From IMG/VR virus record IMGVR_UViG_3300010376_000113, positions 1 through 26,841 of that record: 26,841 nt of DNA; one strand, given 5' to 3'. Of this stretch, positions 5,960 to 13,984 are shown piece after piece. The stretch is from a virus. Lineage: Duplodnaviria > Caudoviricetes. Under the pieces are notes generated by a model that was not told the DNA's origin, ran no database searches, and was given only the letters and a program-made list of their open reading frames with translations. The stretch's first letter is position 1. Each line of letters begins with the position of its first letter. A program made the translations under genes and the position numbers.

Positions 5960-6801
5960 ATGAACGGCCGCCCAGCTGGGTCTTCGTAGGAGGCGGGTTG
6001 GGTGTCGTCGTAGTTGCGGGATTCGGGGAGGTTGTCGTAGTAGTCGGCGGGCGGGCCCTGGTCCCGGGCCGGCGGGCGCCTGGAAGGAGGCGCCGCTTTG
6101 GGCGGCGGGCGGGTCGCCGCCGCGGGCCGGCCCGGGGACTCGGGGGGGGTGGTTGGGGGGCCGCCCGGCGCCTGAGGAATGGCGGCCGCCTCCACGGCCG
6201 CCGACGCCGGGGGCTCCCCGATCTCTCCGGTGTCGTCGTCGACGGTCTGGTAGTCGCCGGTGATGTCGGCGAGGTCGGCGAGGGCTTTGCCGATCTCGGA
6301 GGAGAACCCTCGGCGGAGCGCCATTTTTTCGGCGGTGATGCCGAGCATGTGCGACGGTTTTTCTTTCCAGACCGGTGACACGGGCCGGTAGAACTCGGCG
6401 AATTTGGCGGTGCCGTTGGCGGGCATGTCCCAGCCGTCGACGTGGACCAGGACCCGGGCGGCGTAGGGGGTGCCGTCGCCGGTCCAGACGTCTTCCCATT
6501 CGAGGGGGAGTTTGTTGCCGTTTTTGTCGTAGCGGCGGGGTCCGCACCATTCGGGGCCTTGGATGCCGCGGAGGCGGCCGGTGCGCTGGGCGATGGTGCG
6601 CCGGCCGTCGATGGTGATCTGGATCTGGTTAACGTTGCCGTAGGGGACGAGGGCGATCTCGCGGGCGGGGATGGACAGGCGGAGGTGTCGGGCGGCGGCG
6701 GCGAACACTTCGAGTTCGGCCGGGCTGGCTTTTTGGCCGTACTGGGCGCGTAGGGCGTCAACGACACGGTCCTCGGCCCGGGCTAGGTCGGAGGAGGTCA
6801 T
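5956..6801 (-). CDS. Bet/RecT-family single-strand annealing protein
   Basis: ELEVF...REIALVPY...IQITIDGRRTIAQRTG...WKEKPSHML..TAEKMALRRGF; Pro-rich acidic tail ending PFI. Confidence 0.85.
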   Translation of the reverse strand: MTSSDLARAEDRVVDALRAQYGQKASPAELEVFAAAARHLRLSIPAREIALVPYGNVNQIQITIDGRRTIAQRTGRLRGIQGPEWCGPRRYDKNGNKLPLEWEDVWTGDGTPYAARVLVHVDGWDMPANGTAKFAEFYRPVSPVWKEKPSHMLGITAEKMALRRGFSSEIGKALADLADITGDYQTVDDDTGEIGEPPASAAVEAAAIPQAPGGPPTTPPESPGRPAAATRPPPKAAPPSRRPPARDQGPPADYYDNLPESRNYDDTQPASYEDPAGRPFI

Positions 6802-6986
6802 GCTTTTGGGGTTTTCTCCTGGTAGGTGGCGGCGGCTTGGTGTTGGCGGTAGACGTCGACGGCGATGGCCAGCTCGTCCATCAGCCACCCGTAGCGGTCG
6901 GTGTCGGCGCTGCCGCCGGCCCGGTACCAGTGGGCGAGTTCGGTGGCGGCGTTGACGAGCATGGCGAGGGCTTCGTCGCCGGTCAT
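6798..6986 (-). CDS. Hypothetical protein
   Basis: ATGA-coupled on both sides. Confidence 0.65.
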   Translation of the reverse strand: MTGDEALAMLVNAATELAHWYRAGGSADTDRYGWLMDELAIAVDVYRQHQAAATYQEKTPKA

Positions 6987-7138
6987 GGGCGGGCGGCTTG
7001 GACGTGGTCGCGGAAGTCGATGGCGCGCAGGTAGGCGTCGCGGGTGATGGGGGTGGGGTTGGCCATCCAGGTGTTGAGGGCGGCCCAGACGTAGTGGTCG
7101 GCCCGCCAGGCCCGCCACCGCCAGCGGAGCCGGTTCAC
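6983..7138 (-). CDS. Hypothetical Trp/Arg-rich protein
   Basis: GTGA-coupled; MNRLRWRWRAWRADHYVW... Confidence 0.6.
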   Translation of the reverse strand: MNRLRWRWRAWRADHYVWAALNTWMANPTPITRDAYLRAIDFRDHVQAARP

Positions 7139-7347
7139 GCCGCGGTGGGGGTGTGGCCGACGAGGTCGTCGATGGAGACCTGGAGGGCGGCGGCGAGTTT
7201 GACCAGGGTGGCGAGTGAGGGTTCGTTGAGGCCGTTTTCGATGCGGCTGTAGGTGGCGGTGGCGATGTCGGCGCGGCGGGCGACGGCCTCCTGGGATTCG
7301 CCTCGTTGTTCTCGTAGGGCTTTGGCCCGGGGTCCGATCTGGGTCAC
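7135..7347 (-). CDS. XRE-family HTH regulator (Cro-like, first gene of the early operon)
   Basis: KALREQRGESQEAVARRADIATATYSRIENGLNEPSLATLVKLAAALQVSIDDL; AAGGA RBS before GTG 7347. Confidence 0.9.
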   Translation of the reverse strand: MTQIGPRAKALREQRGESQEAVARRADIATATYSRIENGLNEPSLATLVKLAAALQVSIDDLVGHTPTAA

Positions 7348-7371
7348 AGACCCATCCTTGTCGGTGCAGAC

Positions 7372-7400
7372 TTGCAACGCAAGCACCCTGGCTGTACATT
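7372..7400 (+). promoter_or_regulatory. Housekeeping-sigma promoter giving a leaderless repressor mRNA
   Basis: TTGCAA-17 bp-TACATT, then 6 nt to ATG 7407; no RBS. Confidence 0.7.
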
Positions 7401-7406
7401 CGTGTT

Positions 7407-7775
7407 ATGGCAGCATTGGAATTGCGGCGGTTGGATCCGGAGCCGTGGGGGACCCGGCTGGGCCGGGCCCGCAAAGCGGCCGGCCTGAACGTCCGCCAGG
7501 TCGAGGAGATCCTGTTCCCCCACATTTCTAAGTCGGCGCTGATCCGCCTGGAGGCCCAGCCGGCCCTGCCCGAAGACCGCAAGGACCGGGCCCGGGCGGC
7601 GCTGGTGTTGCTGCTCTACGGGTTCGACGGCGACGATTTCGGCCTGGACCGGGCCGACGTGCCGCCCGCCATCGACCGGCGGGCGCTGGGCCGTCTGGCT
7701 CGCCGCAGAAGGAAGGTGGCGCCGCCGTCTACCAAATGGAAGAAGGCGCGGCCGCTTCTGGTGGTGGCGGCGTGA
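7407..7775 (+). CDS. Immunity repressor (XRE-like HTH) with ssrA-like C-terminus
   Basis: WGTRLGRARKAAGLNVRQVEE...ISKSALIRLE; divergent from the Cro-like gene; ends LLVVAA. Confidence 0.75.
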   Translation: MAALELRRLDPEPWGTRLGRARKAAGLNVRQVEEILFPHISKSALIRLEAQPALPEDRKDRARAALVLLLYGFDGDDFGLDRADVPPAIDRRALGRLARRRRKVAPPSTKWKKARPLLVVAA

Positions 7776-8059
7776 GCGGGAGCCCTGTTGATGCCAAGTT
7801 CATGAGCCGTAATTTACGGGCCCTGGCCCGCCATGTCGGCGACGGCGCCCTGCACGAGCTGGCCGACCTGGACCGCCTTCGCGACGAACTCGACGGCCAC
7901 ATTCTCGACGCGGTGGCCCGGCTGCGGGCCGAGCCGTGGTGCTACTCGTGGGCGCAGATCGGCAAGACGCTCGGGATCTCCCGCCAGGCGGCCGCCCAGC
8001 GGTTCGCTAAGGCCGGCGGGGATCGCCGGCCCGGCGGACAACTGGCAGACCGCAGATGA
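7772..8059 (+). CDS. Small HTH DNA-binding protein
   Basis: AVARLR...YSWAQIGKTLGISRQAAAQRF; GTGA overlap. Confidence 0.75.
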   Translation: MSGSPVDAKFMSRNLRALARHVGDGALHELADLDRLRDELDGHILDAVARLRAEPWCYSWAQIGKTLGISRQAAAQRFAKAGGDRRPGGQLADRR

Positions 8060-8145
8060 CCGGTTTGGTGTCAAGGCGACCTTGACGTGTGTGGGATGCC
8101 ACCATTCGGGGCCGGCGGAGAGCCATCCCGAGAGGAAGTACTCGC

Positions 8146-8973
8146 ATGCTGCTCGCCGACGCTATCGATCTCTACGTGACGGACCGCCACGCCCGCGGCG
8201 AGATCGGCGCCAACACCGCCCGCCAGGTGGCCTGGCGGCTCGGGCTGATGGCGCGGGCCTGCCCCGGTCTGGACATGCGCGACCTGACCCGGGACCGGGT
8301 GCTGGACTGGCAGCGGACGGTTGGCGGCCAGCGGGCCTCGACGCGGCGGTCGTACCAGTCGACCCTGAAGACGTTCTGTGTGTGGGCGGTGGACGGCGGC
8401 CTGGTCGATCATGATCCGACGGTGCGCCTGGCGAAGGTGCGCGAGCCTCGGCCGGTGGCCCGCCAGCTGTCGGACGGGGAGTTGGCCCGGCTGGCGTTGG
8501 TGTTGCCGGATGAGCGGGCCCGGCTGATCGTGGGGTTGATGCGCCACGGTTTGCGCTGCGTCGAAGTAGCCCGCCTGACGGCGGCGGACTACGACCCGGC
8601 CGGGCCGCGGCTGTGGGTGTGGGGCAAGAACGATCAGCGGCGGCGGGTGCCGGTGCGGCCGTGGCTGGCAATCCTGTTGGACCGGGCGGCCCGGGCCCGG
8701 CCGGTGGGGCCGCTGGTGGGGATCTCGGCGGGGCGGGTGTCGAAGCTGGTGTCGGGCTGGTTCGCGGCGTCGGGGGTGAAAACCGACCGGTATGACGGCC
8801 GGTCCGCGCACGCTTTGCGGCATACGGCGGCGGGACAGGTGTTGGCCGGCTGCGGGAATGTGAACACGGTGAAGGATTTTTTGGGCCACCAGAATCTGGC
8901 GACGACGACCCGCTATCTGCCGGACACGGCCGAGGAGAGCATGGCGGCGGCGATGGCCGCCGGCGGCATCTGA
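8146..8973 (+). CDS. int: Tyrosine recombinase/integrase, XerC/D-sized, no arm-binding domain
   Basis: GLRCVEV (R), WGKND (K), HALRH, LGH, TTTRY; GAGAGGAAG RBS before ATG 8146; 275 aa. Confidence 0.92.
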   Translation: MLLADAIDLYVTDRHARGEIGANTARQVAWRLGLMARACPGLDMRDLTRDRVLDWQRTVGGQRASTRRSYQSTLKTFCVWAVDGGLVDHDPTVRLAKVREPRPVARQLSDGELARLALVLPDERARLIVGLMRHGLRCVEVARLTAADYDPAGPRLWVWGKNDQRRRVPVRPWLAILLDRAARARPVGPLVGISAGRVSKLVSGWFAASGVKTDRYDGRSAHALRHTAAGQVLAGCGNVNTVKDFLGHQNLATTTRYLPDTAEESMAAAMAAGGI

Positions 8974-8992
8974 CCCCCCGAAAAACGGGGGG
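8974..8992 (+). terminator. Hairpin immediately after the integrase stop
   Basis: CCCCCCG-AAAAA-CGGGGGG. Confidence 0.5.
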
Positions 8993-9124
8993 CGGGCCGG
9001 GCTGGAACCGACGACCAAATCGGGGAACCAGCCGGCCCGCCGGGACCATGATGCTAAAGGTTTCGGCGGCGGCGGTCGATACCAGGATTGTTCCGACGAC
9101 CAAACACGAAAAGGGGAACACACA

Positions 9125-9352
9125 ATGCACGGTCCTGAATGGATTCCGGTGATCATCTTGGCCGCCTTCGGCTGGCTGGTGGCGTTCGTGGCCTGGTGGG
9201 CGCTGGCCGGGTGGGGTTTCTCCATCGCGGTGCGGGTGTACCGGCGGAGTATGCGAGCCCACCAACACAATCGGGAGTTGGCCCAGCTCGGCCGGGGACT
9301 AGCCGGCCGCCCAGCGGATCAGCAGGTAGACGAGCTCGCCGGCCGCGGCTGA
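9125..9352 (+). CDS. Small membrane protein
   Basis: AAGGGGA RBS; long hydrophobic N-terminal stretch followed by basic residues. Confidence 0.65.
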   Translation: MHGPEWIPVIILAAFGWLVAFVAWWALAGWGFSIAVRVYRRSMRAHQHNRELAQLGRGLAGRPADQQVDELAGRG

Positions 9353-9412
9353 CCCGGCGGCGATGGCCGCCCAGATCAGAACGATAACCAGGCGGTGTTC
9401 ACCCGCCGACAC
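9299..9412 (-). CDS. 37-aa single-TM protein (missing from ORF track)
   Basis: GTG 9412 overlaps the collagen gene end; [37 protein letters not shown] with mostly G/C-ending codons. Confidence 0.5.
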   Translation of the reverse strand: MSAGEHRLVIVLIWAAIAAGSAAAGELVYLLIRWAAG

Positions 9413-9938
9413 AGGCCAGGATGTCGATGGTGCCGCCTTTGGCGGTTTTGACGGTGACGGCCTCGACGGTGTGGTGGGCGGGGCAGGTGGGCCCGGACGG
9501 GCCGGTGGCGCCCCGGGCGCCGGCCGGTCCTACCGGCCCGGTTTGGCCGGTAGGCCCAGCAGGGCCAGCAGCACCGGCGGGTCCAGGCGGGCCAACTGCA
9601 CCGGGTTTACCCGCCGCTCCGGTGGAGCCGGCCGAGCCGGCCGAGCCAGTGGCGCCGGTCTGGCCGGCGGAGCCGGTCGAGCCTGTCGCTCCCACGCTTC
9701 CCGCCGTGCCCGCAGCTGTCGATCCAGATGTTCCGGCTGGTCCGGTGGCACCGGTCGCTCCTTTCGGTCCGGGCGGCCCAGCCGCGCCTGTCTGGCCGGC
9801 AGGCCCGGTGGCGCCGACGGGTCCGGGCGGGCCGACGGCGGGGACGGTGGGATTGTTCTGCAGGGCGTAGGCGGTGGCGGCGATGGAGCAGCCCAGCAGG
9901 ATGCCGGCCACGATGAACACCAGTACCGGTCTAGGCAT
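9399..9938 (-). CDS. Membrane-anchored or secreted collagen-like protein
   Basis: N-terminal hydrophobic segment, long Gly-X-Y run with one interruption, short two-Cys C-terminal domain. Confidence 0.85.
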   Translation of the reverse strand: MPRPVLVFIVAGILLGCSIAATAYALQNNPTVPAVGPPGPVGATGPAGQTGAAGPPGPKGATGATGPAGTSGSTAAGTAGSVGATGSTGSAGQTGATGSAGSAGSTGAAGKPGAVGPPGPAGAAGPAGPTGQTGPVGPAGARGATGPSGPTCPAHHTVEAVTVKTAKGGTIDILACVGG

Positions 9939-10170
9939 CGGGGTCGATGCCGTGGCGGGCCAGTTTGAGCGCCAGATCGAAGTTGCGGCGCTCGGCAGCC
10001 AGGCGCTGATGGCGTTCGTCGGCTAACTGGCCGGACAGCTCTTCGATCTCGGCTTTGGCGGCTTTTCTTTCTTTGTCGCGGGCGGCGCGCACGGCGAGGA
10101 GGACGCCGCCGCAGGCGGTCACCAGGCCGCCTAGCCCGGTGACAACGGCGACCAGCCGGGCCGGGTCCAC
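9931..10170 (-). CDS. Single-TM plus coiled-coil membrane protein (holin-like lysis gene)
   Basis: [36 protein letters not shown]...LARHGIDP. Confidence 0.65.
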   Translation of the reverse strand: MDPARLVAVVTGLGGLVTACGGVLLAVRAARDKERKAAKAEIEELSGQLADERHQRLAAERRNFDLALKLARHGIDPDA

Positions 10171-10193
10171 ATGGCTGGCCGTCCCCGGTCTTT

Positions 10194-10400
10194 TTAGCGG
10201 GCCGTCGGGACGACCGGGACGGGGTCGCCGGCGCCGGTGTGGTCGAACGCCGGATAGTCGGGGTTGACCCGGGCGGCCGGGTCGGTGGTGTTGGCGTCGT
10301 GGGATTCCCACACCACGTCGCCGGTCGAATCGTCGACGCAGATGATGTTGTGGCAGCCGTCGTGGTCGGCGCAGTCGTGGATCTGCTGGTGGAAGGTCAT
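10194..10400 (-). CDS. Hypothetical acidic protein
   Basis: ATGA overlap with the tailspike stop. Confidence 0.65.
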   Translation of the reverse strand: MTFHQQIHDCADHDGCHNIICVDDSTGDVVWESHDANTTDPAARVNPDYPAFDHTGAGDPVPVVPTAR

Positions 10401-12598
10401 GGCAGACCGTACAGGGCGACGATGGCGCCCCGGCCGCCGCCGCCGGCGGGGGCGGTGGCCGCCAGCGGGAAGGTGGCGCTGTCGTAGTAGACGAATCCGG
10501 GGCCGAGGGCGCCGGGGCTGGTGCCGACCAGCGAGCCGGTGCCGATAAAGGATGAGGCGCCGCTGGTGCCAACAGCGAAATAGTTGCTCTGGTCGACGGC
10601 GACGGAGCCGGTCAGGTTTATGGTGGCGGCGCCGGCCGCCGGGGTGGGCACCTGCGCCGACGAGGCGACCAGGGTGGTGGGCGGCCCGGTCGGCGACGCC
10701 GAGGCGTACACGCCGACCTGGGTGTTGCCGGCGGCGGTGACCACCTGCAGGCCTATTTTGGTGATGGTGGCCGCCCCGCCGATGTTGCGGAAGTAGTCGG
10801 TCTGGTTGGCGGCGAAACCGATGTTCGCGGACGGCAGCCCGGGGTGCATGGTGTGGGCGGGCAGGATGGCGGCGCTGTTGGGGGGGCCGATGTTGTTGGC
10901 GACCACGGTGGTGGACCCGGCGATGCGGGACACATAGTTGGTGCTGGTGCCGGCGAAGTTGTTGTCGGTGACCAGGTTGGCGGAGGCGCCCACCTCGCGG
11001 AACACGTTGCCGCCGACGTTGTTGACGAGAATGTTGCCGACGGCGGCGGAGTTGCCGCCCTGGAAAATGATGTTGTTGCCGCCGCCGGCGGTGATGGTGA
11101 TGGTGTTGCCGACGGCGGTGCAGTTGGTGACCGACCCGGGGGTGAGCACCCCATGTCCGATGGAGGACAGGTTGTTGGCGACGACGGCCACCCCGGAGGC
11201 GTTGCAGTTGACGGCCGGGTTGGCGGTGCCGACGTTGACGACGGTGTTGCCTTTCACCAGGCAGCCGATGTCCAGGCGGATGTAGGGGTTGACAAGGTTG
11301 TTGCCGTCGACGGTGACCCGGCTGCAGGAGGACTGGATCCAGATACCGATCAGGCCGGTGCCCGAGTAGGCGGAGGCGTCGATGTGGTTGTCGGCGACGA
11401 TCAGGTCGGCGATGTTGTTGGCGACGATGACGGCGTTGGCGACGGCGGTCACCCCGTCGATCTGGTTGCCGGCCACCCTGACCCGTTTGGAGCCGGCGGC
11501 GGCCTGCATGTTGATGGCGTCCTGGGATTGGGCGCCCATGGTGACCTGGTTGGCGGTGAAGGTGACGTCAGTCAGGACGGCCCGGGCGTTGATGCCGGCC
11601 GAGAACGCCCCGGTGGCGGCGGTCGACATGTCGAAAAGATTGTTGGCGATGACCGCCCGGGTCAGCGACCCGCCGGCCGAGATTTGCAGGCCGTTGCCTT
11701 TGCCGGACGGCGGGCAACGGTTGTAGTTGCCGGTGAAAACGATGTCGGTGCAGGTGCCGTCCAGGTCGTAGCCGATACCCCAGTCGTAGACGGCGTTGCC
11801 GGTGATGTGGATGCCCTGGTGGGTGTAGCCGCCAGAGCAGGTGATGCAGTTGGGGGCGGCGGCGGCCCCGTAGGCGGCGTTTAACGCCTGCCAGGCGATG
11901 TTGTCGGTGACCCACAGGTCCTGGCCGCCGTGGAGGCGCAGGCCGCCGTTGCACAGGGTGAGATAGTTGCGGTCGACCCAGCCGTGCGCCACCGACAGCG
12001 AGGTGGGGCTGGTGGTGATGGTGGAGACCGGGTTCTGCTGCCAGGAGGTGATCTTGTTGTTACGGATCACGAAATGGGTGGAGTTGCCGATCTGGATGGC
12101 CTGGTGCAGGTTCTCGCCGGGCGAGCTGGTGGGGGCCTGGCCGTTTAGGGTGCAGCCCACGATCTGCCAGTCGGCGGCCGGGGCGGTCTGGCCCTGGTCG
12201 CCGATGCCGCACACCGAGGCCGGGCTGCCGGTGAAGTTCGGGAACAGTAGCGACAGGCCGTCGAGGACCACTCCCGATTTGAGGACCAGGGCCGGGTTGG
12301 CGTTGAAGTTGGAGGCGTAGGCGTAGTTGGTGGCCTGGTAGGTGCAGTAGTAGGTTTTGCCGGGCTGGCCGACCACCCGGGTGGCGGCGCCGCTGGTGTT
12401 GTAGCGGCCGTTGGCGTCGTTGATGGCGGCCTGGATGTGGGCGGTATCGTCGGTGGTGCCGTCGCCGACCGCCCCGTAGTCGGCCAGGTTGAGGGACGCC
12501 GCGGCGGTGGCCGGGCCGGGCGGGCCTTGGGGGCCGACCATGTCGAGGGTGACGGTGGGCGGGCTGGGGACGGTGACGGTGACGGTGGGGTTGCTCAT
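10397..12598 (-). CDS. Tailspike / receptor-binding protein, right-handed parallel beta-helix (pectate-lyase-like)
   Basis: DYGAVGDGTTDDTAHIQAAI N-terminal motif and many I/V-x-G/N-N-x-I repeats. Confidence 0.85.
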   Translation of the reverse strand: MSNPTVTVTVPSPPTVTLDMVGPQGPPGPATAAASLNLADYGAVGDGTTDDTAHIQAAINDANGRYNTSGAATRVVGQPGKTYYCTYQATNYAYASNFNANPALVLKSGVVLDGLSLLFPNFTGSPASVCGIGDQGQTAPAADWQIVGCTLNGQAPTSSPGENLHQAIQIGNSTHFVIRNNKITSWQQNPVSTITTSPTSLSVAHGWVDRNYLTLCNGGLRLHGGQDLWVTDNIAWQALNAAYGAAAAPNCITCSGGYTHQGIHITGNAVYDWGIGYDLDGTCTDIVFTGNYNRCPPSGKGNGLQISAGGSLTRAVIANNLFDMSTAATGAFSAGINARAVLTDVTFTANQVTMGAQSQDAINMQAAAGSKRVRVAGNQIDGVTAVANAVIVANNIADLIVADNHIDASAYSGTGLIGIWIQSSCSRVTVDGNNLVNPYIRLDIGCLVKGNTVVNVGTANPAVNCNASGVAVVANNLSSIGHGVLTPGSVTNCTAVGNTITITAGGGNNIIFQGGNSAAVGNILVNNVGGNVFREVGASANLVTDNNFAGTSTNYVSRIAGSTTVVANNIGPPNSAAILPAHTMHPGLPSANIGFAANQTDYFRNIGGAATITKIGLQVVTAAGNTQVGVYASASPTGPPTTLVASSAQVPTPAAGAATINLTGSVAVDQSNYFAVGTSGASSFIGTGSLVGTSPGALGPGFVYYDSATFPLAATAPAGGGGRGAIVALYGLP

Positions 12599-13026
12599 GG
12601 GGTGGTGACCTGGGCGGTGATGGTGACGACGCCGGCGATCAATGTGGTGATGAGCCCGCCGGCCGATTTCATCTGGCAGTCGTAGACGGAGCTAGCGGGC
12701 AGGGTGGCGGTGGCGGCGTTGGTGAGGGTCATGGTGATGGTGCCGGCGGTGCCGCCGGGGGTGCAGGTGAAGGTGGCCAGGGCGGTGGTGTCGGAGGTGC
12801 GGGCTTTGATTTGGGCGGTGGCGGTGTAGCCAGTCAGGTCCATGTTGGTGCTGTCGGGGTTTTTGACGTTGACGACCATGGCGAAGTCGTCGCCGGCGTA
12901 CAGGCTGAGGTTGACCTGGACGGGCAGGGCGGTGATGTTGGTGGTGGTGCCGATCACCTCGAGCTCGACATGCGGTGGTGTGGCGGGCGCGGCCCGGGAT
13001 CTGATCGGTGCGGGCAAGGTGCTCAT
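12595..13026 (-). CDS. Putative tail-fibre adaptor beta-sandwich protein (LtfC/p132-like)
   Basis: NLSLYAGDDF...DLTGYTATAQIK...VYDCQM...TLIAGVV; directly upstream of the tailspike. Confidence 0.6.
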   Translation of the reverse strand: MSTLPAPIRSRAAPATPPHVELEVIGTTTNITALPVQVNLSLYAGDDFAMVVNVKNPDSTNMDLTGYTATAQIKARTSDTTALATFTCTPGGTAGTITMTLTNAATATLPASSVYDCQMKSAGGLITTLIAGVVTITAQVTTP

Positions 13027-13038
13027 TCGTTCTCGCTT

Positions 13039-13878
13039 TCAGGTGACCGGCATGGTCCACGAGGCCTGCCAGGTGGACGGCCCGACGAGGCCGTCGACGG
13101 CCAACCCTTTCTCTTGCTGGAATTGGCGGCAGACGGTTTCGCTGTTGGGGCCGTAGCAGCCGTCGACGGCGCCGATGCCGGCCCAGCCCCGCCCGGTTTT
13201 CATCTGCGTCTGCCACGTTTTGACGTTCTGGTTGTCCTCGCCGCCGTAGTAGCCGGAATGGCAGTGGGGGTCGGCGGACGGCTGGCCCAGATAGTCGCTG
13301 CTGGGGTAGGGAAAGGGCGGCGCCGGCCCCGCCGGAGGAACGGGTGTCGGCGGGGTCGGCGCCGGTGAACTTCCCCCCGCCATCTCTAGCACGGCGTCGA
13401 TGGGGAACGCGGGACCGCAGTCCCAGTGGCCACCACCCCACGAGCCGAGGTCGTTGTGCTGGCAGACACCCGACCCGCCGCCCTGCGCCTGGTCGGCCGT
13501 CAGCTTCACGATCGGGATCCCGAAGACGGCGGCCTCCTCGGCGACCCAGGCGGCGGTGTTGGCCAGCATGGTCGGATGCTGATTCCAGGTGGCGGCATCC
13601 CAGTCGGCGAAAGCGCACAGCTCGGCCTGCACCGCGATCGGGTTGGCGTTCGCCGCCGTCCAGGCTTTGTAGTCGCGGCGGACGTACTCGCCGACAGTGT
13701 TCTCGGTGTCGTCAATACCCACATGGGACGAGACGCCGGAGGCCGGGTTGGCGAACCAGGCGCCCAGATCCTGAATGTTCGTAGCACCCTCAGCAGTGTG
13801 CAAACATATGAGCCTAACGGTGGCGCCGCCCCGGCTCGAGTAGTTGCCGGTGGGGTAGGCGACCCGTTTAAGAGGCAT
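13039..13878 (-). CDS. Endolysin: N-acetylmuramoyl-L-alanine amidase plus peptidoglycan-binding domain
   Basis: ICLHTAEG, SSHV, AWTA, HNDL...HWDCGP; Pro-rich linker; VDGCYGP..FQQEKGLAVDGLVGPSTW. Confidence 0.92.
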   Translation of the reverse strand: MPLKRVAYPTGNYSSRGGATVRLICLHTAEGATNIQDLGAWFANPASGVSSHVGIDDTENTVGEYVRRDYKAWTAANANPIAVQAELCAFADWDAATWNQHPTMLANTAAWVAEEAAVFGIPIVKLTADQAQGGGSGVCQHNDLGSWGGGHWDCGPAFPIDAVLEMAGGSSPAPTPPTPVPPAGPAPPFPYPSSDYLGQPSADPHCHSGYYGGEDNQNVKTWQTQMKTGRGWAGIGAVDGCYGPNSETVCRQFQQEKGLAVDGLVGPSTWQASWTMPVT

Positions 13879-13975
13879 CTTTGGCCCAGTCCTCGTCGGG
13901 CTCGTCGTCGGGGTCGTCGGCCGGGTCAGGCCAGTCGACGGTGTTGTCGTCGGGTTCGGGTTCGGTGGGGGTCAT
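13868..13975 (-). CDS. 35-aa acidic Pro/Asp peptide (missing from ORF track)
   Basis: GAGGAG RBS; MTPTEPEPDDNTVDWPDPADDPDDEPDEDWAKDAS; overlaps the lysin start. Confidence 0.55.
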   Translation of the reverse strand: MTPTEPEPDDNTVDWPDPADDPDDEPDEDWAKDAS

Positions 13976-13984
13976 GGTCTCTCC

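Noticed and set aside
7726-7735. CGTCTACCAA resembling the reverse complement of a tRNA-Leu D-arm, as evidence of a tRNA attB
   Set aside because: Only about 10 bp and not extended by further tRNA-like sequence; too weak without a host genome
8071-9270. Long minus-strand ORFs 8071..9270 and 8162..9268
   Set aside because: Shadows of the plus-strand integrase, which has all catalytic motifs
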